NCBI GenBank assembly: GCA_900088475.1
Contig: FLMG01004374.1
Coordinates: 1 to 64,000 of the forward strand
Origin: Hyphochytrium catenoides
Lineage: Eukaryota > Protista > Hyphochytriomycota
DNA: 64,000 nt
Direction of reading: 5' to 3'
The translations under genes were made by a program, and so were the position numbers. A model generated the notes under the pieces. It saw only the letters and a program-made list of their open reading frames with translations, did not search any database and was not told the DNA's origin. Positions 24,444 to 35,429 of the stretch are shown here, in pieces (position 1 is the stretch's first letter; every line of letters begins with the position of its first letter).

Positions 24444-27400
24444 ACCTCCTCCGTTACCAACCTTCGAGCAGCTCTTTCGGGTGGCTCTCCTGCCGCTAAA
24501 GATCCTGTGCATAGTTCTTCTGATTCTTCTCCTGCCGATTCTGATGATCTTTTGCGCAACTCGTCTCTGCGCCGCCGTTCTTTGGCGCGTTCGGGAGCTA
24601 ACTTCTCTTGCCCCTCCCCTCCCTCTTCTGTAACGCCTGCTGCCCCTCTGACCTCGGCTTCCTCCTCTGCTGTAGAGACGTCTGGTTTGGTCCCTGCCGC
24701 TGCTCCGGAATCTGCCTCGCGGGCCGAGCTTCTTCCTTCCATTGCTTCTCCCCCTGCGTCCCCTAATTCTCTCCTTCCTCTACCTGCTCTTGCTCCTGCT
24801 CAGTCTCCCGCCACCTTTCTTCCTCTTCCGAATTCTCCAGTGCCCGTTTGGCCAGCAGCCCGGGCTGGCGCGGCTCGCTCTTACGCTCAAGCGGCTGCCT
24901 CTGGTGCTCCTCGGCGTGTCTCTGCTCGTTCCAGGCTTCCACCGTCCGCCCGTGTATCCAGGCTTTCCTCTTCTGAAGCGGTTTCAGCCCTCCAACGGGA
25001 AAGCTTCCTTCTCGTGCTCCCTTTTACTCTTAATACCGGACGGTTTCCCACGGCAGTCTGCTGCTCTCTCTAAGGCTCTCCTCGAGAAGGCAGGAGAGCT
25101 TAGGACCCACGCAATTCGTTGGGTGTGCCCCTTTGGGGCGGCAGGTACTCAGTTAGTGGTCTTGGAGCAGGATGCCGACCGCATTGAGGGTCTCCTTCGT
25201 GAGCGCATGCATTGTAAATGCGTGTTTCGGTCGCCTTTTGCGGATGAGCTCCTTCATTCCTCGCCCTCGGGCCAAACACAAGACCTCAGAGATGCTGTTC
25301 CCGCTGTTTCTCGGCGGTATGAGGCCCAGGCTCAGGTTAGTCTGGAGCGTGATTTCCTCGCTATTAACGGATACTTCCTTCGCCTCCTGAGGCTCCTCAA
25401 GAAAGACTTTAGCCATATTTCTGGCCCCACAGGGGGAAGGTGAGCCTTCGAAGAACCGGTCTTCTGCTCCGGTAGGTCCTCCCACAGTTGTTCGGCAGGG
25501 AAAGGGTAAGCGTCCGCTGAGTACGGTTGTTGGCGAGGCTCAGCGCTGTAATTCTTTTTCGGTTTTGGCTCCACACGAGGAGGTAAATCCGGACCCTATG
25601 CAAGAGGAGTTGGTTGATGACCCTGAGAATTCTGTGGCTACGGCCTGGGATTGTGCTTCTGGCGACGCCCTTCACAATGTTAGGCCGCTCACAGGTCCGG
25701 GCGCTGCTCCTTCTTCCTCTGTGAGCAATGCCTTTCTTGTCCTGTGCCTGGTTCTGCCGCTGACTTAGCCGTCTCGCCTATTCATGTTTCGCTTATTCAG
25801 CACTTGGGTGGTGCGCGGCACCGTAACAACCCTGAAGATGTGATTTCTATCTCTTCTTTCCTTCCCTATATTGGACACGCTTACTGCCCTTCTGGTTGTG
25901 GAGCAATTCTTTCTACCCAGGACCATAAGAGAGGCCACCCTCACAAATTGTCCAGGCCCTCGCCCCTCTTCTAATCCCTTTCCCTGTCCCTCTGCTCCTC
26001 TCTCAGTTCCTGCGTCTTCGGGCGGTCGGCTGCCTGCCCCGACTTCTGCTCCGCCTTCTTCTCTTTCCCGTCCTTCTTTCCCCTTTACCCTCCAGCGTCC
26101 CCCGTTATTCCCGCCCCGCTTCGTAGAAGTGATATTCCGTCCTCTTCTCCTTCTACTCCTGCTTCTCCTTCTCCGCTCCCTGCAGCGTCTGTAGCGCCCT
26201 CTCCGTCTCCTCCTGCCGCTGCTGGGTCTTCCCCTATTCCCTCTTCCGGGACCCAATTCGTCCCTCCTTTCAGTCCTCCCCACTTAGTTCTGTTTTGTCC
26301 CATGCCCGACTCTCTCCCGGATCTTCTTTCGACTCTAATGTCTGACGTTCCTACCTTTACGTATGTCCCGGCAGCTGCTCGTCCTCTCTGCGCAGCTTCT
26401 CTCTGCCGACTCATGGATACCTGTGTTCGGGACAACTCTCTCTCAGCCTGGACTTTGTTGTTTCTGTTCCCGAAGGCTGTTTTGCGCTGGACTAGCCCCG
26501 GTCGTGGTGGGAGACGCTCCAAGCATGCTCGCTCGGCGAAGACCTCAAAACTTCTCATGGACCGCCTGGTTCGTTGGAACGAGGGGGATTATACTGCTTT
26601 ACGGGCAGAAGCAGTGCAAGGCTCGGCGCTTCCGCGCCCCAGGTCCTGTGCCGCTGAGAATATGGCCTCTAGTCAACGGGCCCCTCTAACATACGTAGGG
26701 CCCTACGTTATGCGGAGCAAGGACTTCTTTCGAAGGCGGCCCAGGCTTTAGTCTCTCTTATAGTGACCCCATCCCAATCTTCCTTTGAGTCTCTTCTCCA
26801 GAAACACCCTCCCTCTTGTTTGCCTTCTTTCCCTCCTCCTGACTCTCTTCCTTGTGCTCTTTTTCTCATTCTCTGAGGCGGAGGTTACTGCTTGTCTTCA
26901 TAGCTTTCCTACTGCCTCTTCAGGTAGTGGCTCTCGGCTACGCCCTCAGCACCTGAAGGACCTTCTTAATTGTCCTTCCCCAGAAATCCAGAAAGCCTTC
27001 CTCTCTAGTCTCTCTTCCTTTATCGACTTTTCGGTTTCTGGTCGGGCTCTCTTAGAGGTGGCTCCTTTCTTGGCTAGTGCCCTTCTCTATGGGCTCCGAA
27101 AAGATAATGGCGGTGTTCGGCCCATTGCTGGTGGCGGAACGTTTCGGCGGTTGGCTGCCACGTGCTGTTGCTTGAAGATTAAGTCTGAAGCCAGTGAGAA
27201 CCTCTCTCCTCTGCAGGTTGGGGTGGCAGTTCGCGCGGGTTCGGAAGCCATTATCCACGCAGCGAGGCGGATCGTCGATGAGCGTGGTCATGACTCAGAC
27301 CTTGTGTTGCTTAAAGTAGACTTCACTATGCCTTCAACTGTGTCAGCAGGGCGTCACTCCTTACTCAGATCCGTCTCCACTTTCCTTCTCTCTATCCGTG

Positions 27401-29492
27401 GGTGAGTTTCTGTTATGGCCAGCCTTCACATCTCTTCCATGGCCCTTTCCGCCTTTCTAGCTCCTCTGGGGTTCAACAGGGCGATCCTTTGGGCCCGTTC
27501 TTGTTTTCTCTCGTCCTACAGCCCTTGACTCTCAAGCTGCGGGAGTCCGTCCCTGATCTCCTTTCACACACATGGTATCTCGATGATGGTACCTTGATCG
27601 GCCGCCGGAGCTCTGTTCTTCAGAGCCTTCAACTCATAAATGATCTCTCCCTGTCGCTCGGGCTCTCTCTTAACCTAGCGAAGTGCGACTTATGGTGGCC
27701 TTCCGGGTCTTCCTCTTTTGAAGAATTTCCTGCCTCGGTCAAACGCGTCTCTCCCGAGGGTGTTGAACGTTTGGGAGCCCCTATTGGCTCCCCTGCTTTT
27801 GTCTCTTCCTTCTTGTCATCTTTGTTGGGCCGTCTCCTTTCCATAGAGACGCTTCTGGACCAGGTTGAAGACTTTCAAGTTTGTCTTGCTCTTTTTAGAG
27901 GCTGCCTAACTGTGGTTAAGATTAACCATCTTCTCCGCACCTGTTCCCCAGCTCTCGTTGAGGGTCAGCTTCCGGACTTTGACTTAAGGGCGAGGCAGTT
28001 TCTAAGCCGTTTAGTAGGTTGGGACTCTTTGATATCCTTCCCTGACTCGGCTTGGGACCAAGCTTCTCTTCCTATCAAGCTTGGCGGTCTGGGTCTCCTC
28101 CCAGCTACTGTTATCTCTCGTCGTGCGTTTCTTAGTTCTCTTTCAGTTTTCTTACAAGCTTGTGTCAGCACTCTTGGGCTTGCCCTCCCATCCTCTAACT
28201 AATCCACCCGCTGCTATTGAGTGCGCTCTTTCTTCCCTCTATGATGACTTCGGCTTGCAGGTGCAGTCGGAGGAGCGCCATGGCTTTCTTGCGATTGCCG
28301 AGAACTTAACAACGCAAGTTTTGCTCCCGTCTTTGGCGGCGCATCCACGACCGTCTTCTCTGTCATCCCTCTCCTTTCTTCTCGAGCTCGTCTTCGTTCT
28401 ATTTCTCTCCCTCATGCTGGAGCTTTCCTGGCCGCTCTCCCTTGTGGGGCGCTGCTGCATAAGACCCAATCCCATGTTTTATTTCGGGCTATGCTTCGGC
28501 GCTATCTTGGCCTTCCCTTCCTTCAGGCCCCTTCGGTCTGCGAGAGTTGCCGGAAACCCGATATGGATGTCCATGACCATGCGATGGTCTGTCGCACAGG
28601 TGGTGGTGCCTCCCGCCGCCATAATCGCATTCTCTCTCATTTGTGTTCTGCGGTGTCGGACGCCGGATACCGTTGCTCTCGTGAGCCCCTTCATCTGCTC
28701 TCTCGTTCTCCCTTCTCCCTCCCAGTCACAGCCTTTGTTATCTCCGTCACCCATCCTCTGCAAAAAAATACCCTTCAATATGCAGCGGATCGGTCCGGGT
28801 ATCAAATAGCTGCGGTCGAGGACCGGAAGCGCCATAAGTATCTGGCGGCATGCAATGCCCACCAGATCGACTTCCTCCCTTTGGTGTGGGAGTCTTTTGG
28901 TGGAGGGTCGGCCACTGTGGCGGGCTTTATCAACACCATCTGTGCGGCCCCAGCGGATCGAACGGCCGCAGCTGAACGCGATGTACACTTCTTTCGGCAC
29001 CGCTTGATCAGGCAAGTGTCCTCGGCTCTGCACGAGGAGGCAGCCCGAATGATTGTTTCCCGGTTGACCCCTTCTACGCCTTTTCTTGCTGCTTTCCACT
29101 CTTCTCCGCTTTCTTCTTCTTCTCCCTTGCTTTCTTTTCCTCCTTCTTCTTCTTCTCAACCTATGACCTCCCCCCCGCCTCCTGTTCCTCCTCCTGGTGA
29201 TGATGTTCAAGGGGAGAATCAAGAATTTTTCCTCCCTCGCATTATTGGTGAGAAAGTTGATCTCCCCGCGCCCTCCTCAGTGTCCACGCAGCTCTCGCTT
29301 CCTGCCCAATATCCTCCCCGGCCGCCGCCGTTGGTGGTCGGGTGATGAGGGAGCTGCTTTCTTCCTCTTTTTCTCTTTTCTGGCCTACTAGTAGTTTTCG
29401 CTCTTGTTCTTCTTGTTCGTTGTACATTTTTCATATCTTCTTTTCTAAACAGCAGTCTACTAGTCACTCCTTAATCATTGCTCGTTAATAAA
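23905..29492 (+). mobile_element. Decayed non-LTR retrotransposon, CRE/SLACS-like clade (RT plus C-terminal zinc knuckle and restriction-like endonuclease)
   Basis: Frameshifted ORF pieces: two N-terminal C2H2-like fingers (~25740-25950), AWTLLFLFPKAVLR, GGVRPIAGGGTFRRL, PLQVGVAVRAGSEAIIH, LLKVDF, GVQQGDPLGPFLFSL, WYLDDGTLIG, GLSLNLAKC, QASLPIKLGGLGL, CESC..DHAMVC..RRHN and KRHKY..FLPLVWESFGG. The 3' end is ttgctcgttaataa. The 5' boundary is approximate. Confidence 0.9.
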
Positions 29493-29886
29493 AGGCCACA
29501 TTTCCTAGATATCATTGTCTGGTTCTGAGAAAAAGATTATAAGAATAATATTAGAAGACGAGGACAGTCACAATGACCTTTTGCAAAGCGCTTTACTTCT
29601 ACAGCAGGAAAATTTTTGAACAGGTTGATGAACATTCTGTTTGGTGGATAACTATGGGCACTCATCAACAGTTGGTGGGGGCAGGAGATATGCTGGAAGT
29701 GTTTTGCACTATTTGGCTCTTAGTATCAAAAGAGCCTTACTTGTGAAAGGACTAGCTCAAAGCTTGCATCATTTTAGGCTTGCGTATACAACTTCAGACG
29801 TCACCCCTCATCCTATGCCCCCCTCCATCTACAGATGCAATCCGGAGCAACTTTTATGTGACCAGGAGAGCCACTGAAGGAAGCGG

Positions 29887-31114
29887 CTATTCCATCTTTT
29901 CCATCCGGACATTGTGCTTTTGTCTTGACCGGAATATTCTACTGCAGCTGACGAGAGCAAAGGCTGCGCCAGGGGAGGCAAAGACTGAGAACAATAGGAA
30001 GGTGAGCAATCCGAATAGACCTGCACAGACCCAAAAGACAACGTTAGCCAGACTTATAGCGAAGACCCCTCTTACGCCCCTTTAGGGAGGAGCCTTACAA
30101 AGTGGTCAAGTGAGAGATCATTAAAGAGTTCTTAGGGAGAATGGAAGAAAGATCTGAATAGGTCTATGGAAATGAAGAGTAAGACCGAAGGAGCTAATGT
30201 TCTTGTATGGATCAAAGGTGAAAACCCTTACCAGCATCCACTAGGGCTACCGCCCCTAAAGTAGCACTGACTGCCAAGTGGTCAGTTAGCAACATCTTTA
30301 CCGCGACGGGCTGGGCAACGATATCTCTTTGCAGCAAGTCCAGGAAGCCAGCCTGACCGTGCATTGCCTTCTCATAGTAGTACCCCATAATGGCCAGCAC
30401 GTAGAATAGGTAGCTTGAGCCTGCTGTGAAAGCGTAAAGCAGCTGAGTCTCAAATGAGGATCTTTCTGAATTCTGGACTCCTGACAGAACCTTGTCGTTG
30501 GCCTTGAAGGGGGTTGCAAAGAGGGAAGCGACCGGGAGTGCGAATTGGAAGACGTAGGTGTTGTAGTCCCAAAGCTTGCCCTCTGGTAAGAAAAGGAAAC
30601 CCATGGCGTTCACCAATAATAGCATAGAAGCGATCAAAATAGCCCTCACTCTGCCCTTGGAGACGACATAGCTCCCACTCGTAATCTGTGCTTGAACACC
30701 TTCTTCCGATAGAGCAAACAAAGGGAACCATAGAGCGGGTAGGATGCAGCCCGCGCCGAGAAGCTGTGATATGAAAAGCCACAAGAAGACGCATCGAACT
30801 AAACCCTTCCTGGCTCCTTTGCAGCTTGAAGCTTCGACCATGCGAACGAGCAAGGGCGGTAGACTACCCAGGAAGATTGTCCAGTTGGCTTTGCCTAAGG
30901 GAGTCTTCGTAGCCCTTCTGAACCAGGGAATGATGATCTTCATAAACGTGTCCAGACCTGGGATCCCCATAAGGTAGTGACGAGCCTGTGTGTCGTCATC
31001 AGGCTCCACAGCGCTTCTGTCAGTAGTAGGAAGGTAGTACATCATAAAGTAGCAACAAGAGGCTCCGAGGGCCACTTCTGCCAAGATCAGGAGTCGCAGC
31101 AAAAGCTTGTTCAT
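29887..31114 (-). CDS. Multi-pass membrane protein, 2 exons
   Basis: ORF 31114-30232 has several hydrophobic helices. A GT-AG intron (30231-30021) joins in phase to the exon GLFGLLTFLLFSVFASPGAAFALVSC..MEKME*. Confidence 0.75.
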
Positions 31115-32796
31115 CCTGTTCGTGTGCCCGGTTCAAAGTGTTTCTGAGCACAGCAGAAAAGTGAAAGGACCACGAGCGTCACCAAATAGTGTGAACAATC
31201 TTCTTATGAGATGGCTGGTGCCAGCAGACGATGAAGCTGAGTTCTCACTCCTCCAAAAAGACCGTGTAAGATCCACACACACACCCAGCAGTGTGATCGG
31301 TCTGCAATGAAAGCATGAACAAGAAGTAGGATTTACTGCCAGAGGGAGCTAAAAGCGTACGGGTAACTTGCACTGTTCATAGAACTAGCAGTCCCGCCTT
31401 CCATTCTTCACAGCAGAAAGAGCTGCAGGACGCTGTCTACCCCAAAGATCCCTTCCCGAAGGAAAGAATGAAGGTCCATACCGCTCTTCTGTCGCATCCT
31501 ATCCCACTTTACTTTTGGCGGGAGATGGCACAAAGACGACCATAGTGACATCTAGTCCGAGGGGAGGTCACTAACAGCCCCCTTCCTTACTATTGCCTGA
31601 AAAAGATATGCGCTACATGTGAATTGATCCACGTCCCGGCACTTACGTATATAAACCCTCTCTTGTCTCTAACAAACTACCGGGTGATGTGGCGGTCATC
31701 TGTTACAGCTGCGACTGGCTGGGTACGGGAGCGGGCGACCTGCTCCGCCGCTGGTACGGCCCCACACTGTCTCTCTATGTCGAAGGTGCCGCCCATCTCA
31801 AACCTCGCGTGAACATCGGGGATCTGGAGTAATCCAGGCCTTCGAGGTTCATAATGAAAGGGGGAACGCCGCAGGCTGGCAACAGAGCACGGAAAACCCT
31901 TCGCGTGAGGTAGTGAGAGGAACACGGCCCTGAATGGGGAGGTGGGGAGATTGGCCAGGCGGGCGGGGTGGAACGCCGTTCGCGAATACACTTTTTGTTT
32001 TCTTCTTCAATGTAAGGCAAAACAATCAGGCCAATGCTTCTTATAGTACAGTAGGAACTAGGAACCCAGCTTCATCAGTCTGCGGATAATGTGTTATTAT
32101 TGAAAGACTGTCTTTCCTTCATTTTGGCTCTACTCATGTTGGCGCAAACGGCATCTTGCTCTGCTGATTGAGATAGCCCTGTACTTACAATGAGCCGGCC
32201 TTTCTACATTCCCTGCTTTTTGAATTCTAAAGTACTACTGGCGATCCTGTGTTTGCTGGAATTGGAAGAGAATAGATCGTTGCCACTCTGCTGATATTAT
32301 AGTCTCAACCCCTCACCATCCTCCCACGGGCAGGGTTACTCTCCCCCAACACCACCTCTCGCCTCATCTTGAGGCAGACTTGTTTAGCAGTAGCACTTCC
32401 TCCGCCGCCACCTTTGGTGGTCCCACATGCTAAATGAGGGACTGCCAGGCAAAGGAAGAGAAGGATGGACGGAAAGGATAGAAGCATAAAGCACGACTCA
32501 ACACTCGTAATTGCGTTGTCAAAGTTCAAGTCAAAAGCTATCTTTATTGGAAGCGGTGCCATGAATGCTAAGGATCAAACCTGCAGGGCTTTCATCTATA
32601 AAGGCCTGCTGTTTCCCTTTTATTATGGGGCATACTAAACAGACGACCATAGTCAACAGGAGGAGTTCGTCGCGCGGGGGGAGGTGATACTATAGTGAGG
32701 ACAGAAGAGAAGACGGGAGGACGCATGTTGTGCCTGCTCTCCCTGAAAGCCATCATCAAATTGAAAACGAGCTTCCATAGTCTTTTATCTTAAAGC

Positions 32797-34449
32797 TCAG
32801 ACTCCCGGTCTGTTGGATGGAGTGATGACTGCAGGCCGATCAGAAGGAGTAAGAACTGGCTGCGGAGCTAATGTCTGCAAAACAGGAGGTGGTGGTGGTG
32901 GAGGAGAGTTGACGACAGGTCTCTCAGATGGCGAAAGGATTGGTGGAGGTGGTGGTGGTGGGATATTGACTGGAGGGGGAGGAGGTGGTGGAATGTTGAC
33001 CGGTGGAGGGGGAGGAGGTGGCACATGCACTTTGGAGTCAACTGTTCTGCATACACACTTGCAAACCTTCTGCTGAGCCTGCTGATGGTTGATAACCGGC
33101 GGCTGGTGATTGATGACTGGCGGCGGCTGGTGGACGATAACGGGGGGCTGGTGATTGATGACTGGCGGTGCCTGGTGGACGACCACAGGCGGTTGATGCT
33201 GAACGATGACCTGCTGCTGCTGGTGATTATTGAAAATCTGCTGCTGCTGGTGCTTGTTGATTATTTGCTGCTGCTGGTGCTTGTTGATTATTTGCTGCTG
33301 CTGGTGCTTGTTGATTATTTGCTGTTGCTGGTGCTTGTTGATTATCTGCTGTTGCTGATGGTTGTTGAAGATTTGCTGCTGTTGATGGTTGTTGAATATT
33401 TGTTGGTGCTTGTTGATAACCTGGTGGTTATTGAAGATCTTTTGCTGGTGGTTATTCACAATTTGCTGCTTATGCAAAAGCTGCTGGTTGTTATTGTTGA
33501 TTTGTTGGTTGTTGAAGATAATATGGCCGTTGAGGATCTGATGGTGACCGCCCCGACCTCTGCTGTGCGTTTTCCCATTACCCAAGAAGAGAGTTGCGCC
33601 ATCACCATTTCCAAGAAAGTTAGAACTGGTGCCCTCCTCCTCCGTAGGAGCGGACGTTGCACTTGTGAAGCTTGAAGCACTCTCCTCTTCTCCTGCGTTG
33701 TTGGTGTCATCTACGAGGTTGCTCGCAGATTCCTCGGCAGGCACTTCCGTCGAAGCGTCCACTGGAGCAAAGTTGTCTGCATCACCCGCGGTACTTTCCT
33801 CTTCGTCACAGTCCGCTTCTGTAGCGGCAGCGTCAGATAGCCTGCGAGATTTTCCCCCGGCCTCACCATCAGTGAAAAATGATGGATCACTAGGGAAGTC
33901 TGGGAAACCGCCTCCAATGCCTCCAAAACCTTGGTTGCCACCGTGCTGCCAGCCGTTGTTGAATATCTGCTGGTGCTGCGCCTGGCAGTGGCAGGCACAA
34001 ATCTGGTTGTTGCCACCACTCCAAGGCATCATGACGGGAGAGCTCTGCTGACCTTGGAATGAACTTTCAATGACTGGAGCTGGTGTGGGCGCCGGGGCAG
34101 ACGCAGGCTCAGGAGCGAGAGAGTCGAGAGCCATCGACTCCTGCCATTTCTCCCAGGACCAGTTTGACAAGCCATTTGCAGATGGTTGCGCGCTGCCGCC
34201 ATCAGTAGTAGACTTAGCATCAACTGCGAACGAGTTGGCGGTCCTGGCGGATCCGCTTGAAGAGGAATCTGAGTTCAATCCCATCGCTCCCACCACGACG
34301 CCTGCAACACCTGCAACAGCGAACAAAGCTACAATTCCTCCCACCATCATCTTTCTCTGTTTCAATCTGCGGGCTTGATCATCGTTCTCTTGTTGCTGGA
34401 CTTGAGGAAGCACGGCCCCAGCGTGTGGAGAGTTGACTGGGTCGTACAT
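32797..34449 (-). CDS. Type II membrane-anchored low-complexity protein with Q/N/H repeats and a polyproline tail (550 aa)
   Basis: Intronless ORF with RRLKQRK followed by TM MMVGGIVALFAVAGVAGVVVGAM, CACHC and CKCVC motifs, tandem HQQQQI(I/F)N(K/N) repeats and PPPPPPP blocks. Confidence 0.8.
   Translation of the reverse strand: MYDPVNSPHAGAVLPQVQQQENDDQARRLKQRKMMVGGIVALFAVAGVAGVVVGAMGLNSDSSSSGSARTANSFAVDAKSTTDGGSAQPSANGLSNWSWEKWQESMALDSLAPEPASAPAPTPAPVIESSFQGQQSSPVMMPWSGGNNQICACHCQAQHQQIFNNGWQHGGNQGFGGIGGGFPDFPSDPSFFTDGEAGGKSRRLSDAAATEADCDEEESTAGDADNFAPVDASTEVPAEESASNLVDDTNNAGEEESASSFTSATSAPTEEEGTSSNFLGNGDGATLFLGNGKTHSRGRGGHHQILNGHIIFNNQQINNNNQQLLHKQQIVNNHQQKIFNNHQVINKHQQIFNNHQQQQIFNNHQQQQIINKHQQQQIINKHQQQQIINKHQQQQIINKHQQQQIFNNHQQQQVIVQHQPPVVVHQAPPVINHQPPVIVHQPPPVINHQPPVINHQQAQQKVCKCVCRTVDSKVHVPPPPPPPVNIPPPPPPPVNIPPPPPPPILSPSERPVVNSPPPPPPPVLQTLAPQPVLTPSDRPAVITPSNRPGV
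33211..33400. repeat. 27-bp coding tandem repeat (~7 copies)
   Basis: Unit is approximately tgctgctgctggtgcttgttgattatt, encoding HQQQQIINK on the minus strand. Confidence 0.9.
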
Positions 34450-35429
34450 GGTGTGGAGTATGTACGTGAATCCGTGCTAAAATGTGCCGGAAGCTTTGAT
34501 CGCCTTTCTGTGGGAAGGAAAGTTGCGTTATGGGATCTTCCGACTTAGGACCTCCTGTGTGTGGGTGTAATAAAGAGAGCTTTTCTATAGGCACAGTGAG
34601 CAGGTCGGTGACGGAAGAGAAGAAAAGAAAGCTTCCCCTCACCCTTCCGGCTCCCTGCTCTCTCTTCAAGGGCCCTTAGTGTGTGTGCCACATGAAAGGT
34701 CAGGAAGGAAGTGCTTTCTCCTCCTTCACATCAAGCAAGCTAATGGACCCACCGGGTCTGTCACGGTCTCTGGCCTCAAGCAACAAGAACCAAGCATGGT
34801 TGAAATATTCCCTTCAAAGCGGAGGAAACAATAAGTTCAAGACCCAAACATCTACAGATGCTTTCCTAGCCCGAAACAAAGGCGCAGATGAAAATTACCT
34901 CCCCAGTTGGCCATCAAGTCTTCTCTGACTCTTTCTAGCGCTCTATCTAAAAGGCCTTTATGCTGGTTCGACTGTGGAGCAAACTAGAACATCTAATCCA
35001 GTCGGTAGGAAGACCCGCAAAGAGAACGAAGTGTCTCCCTAAATCCCCAAACAAAACCTATGGAGATGATGGTAGAATTTAGAACTGGGCCCTGCTCGTC
35101 TCCCTAAAGGTGTACAGTACTCTCGAAGCTGGGACTAGAAATGCGCTGTGATGTACACACTCGGGTGAGGGCGGAAAATGACCATCACATCTAAGAAACA
35201 AACCTTCCACTGGAATGTTTCCAATGCAATCTATCATCAGTACAGTACTAGTACACATGCTGCAAATGATTCCCCGAAGACGGGAATATTTCAGAAAGGC
35301 GTTACACCACCATCATCGCGTCCAAAGCTGAGGGACTGTTTGTCTTCCTAACAAGCAAAACCTCTTAACAACCCCAATCTCTAACATTTGCTCCCAAGAT
35401 CTTCTGTGGTGACCTCTTTTGTCAACGAG

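Noticed and set aside
23580-29540. Target-site duplication or SL-RNA target around the long retroelement
   Set aside because: I could see no matching direct repeat at the two flanks and no SL-RNA-like sequence.
31680-31990. GC-rich island considered as a structured ncRNA (RNase P/MRP, SRP) or an exon
   Set aside because: I found no diagnostic conserved motifs, and the reading frames are short or interrupted. An Infernal/Rfam scan would be needed.
32305-32562. Short ORF with a signal-peptide-like stretch
   Set aside because: No convincing continuation or family similarity.
33025-33675. Plus-strand ORF with LLLLVLVDY repeats
   Set aside because: It is the antisense shadow of the Q/N/H repeat gene.
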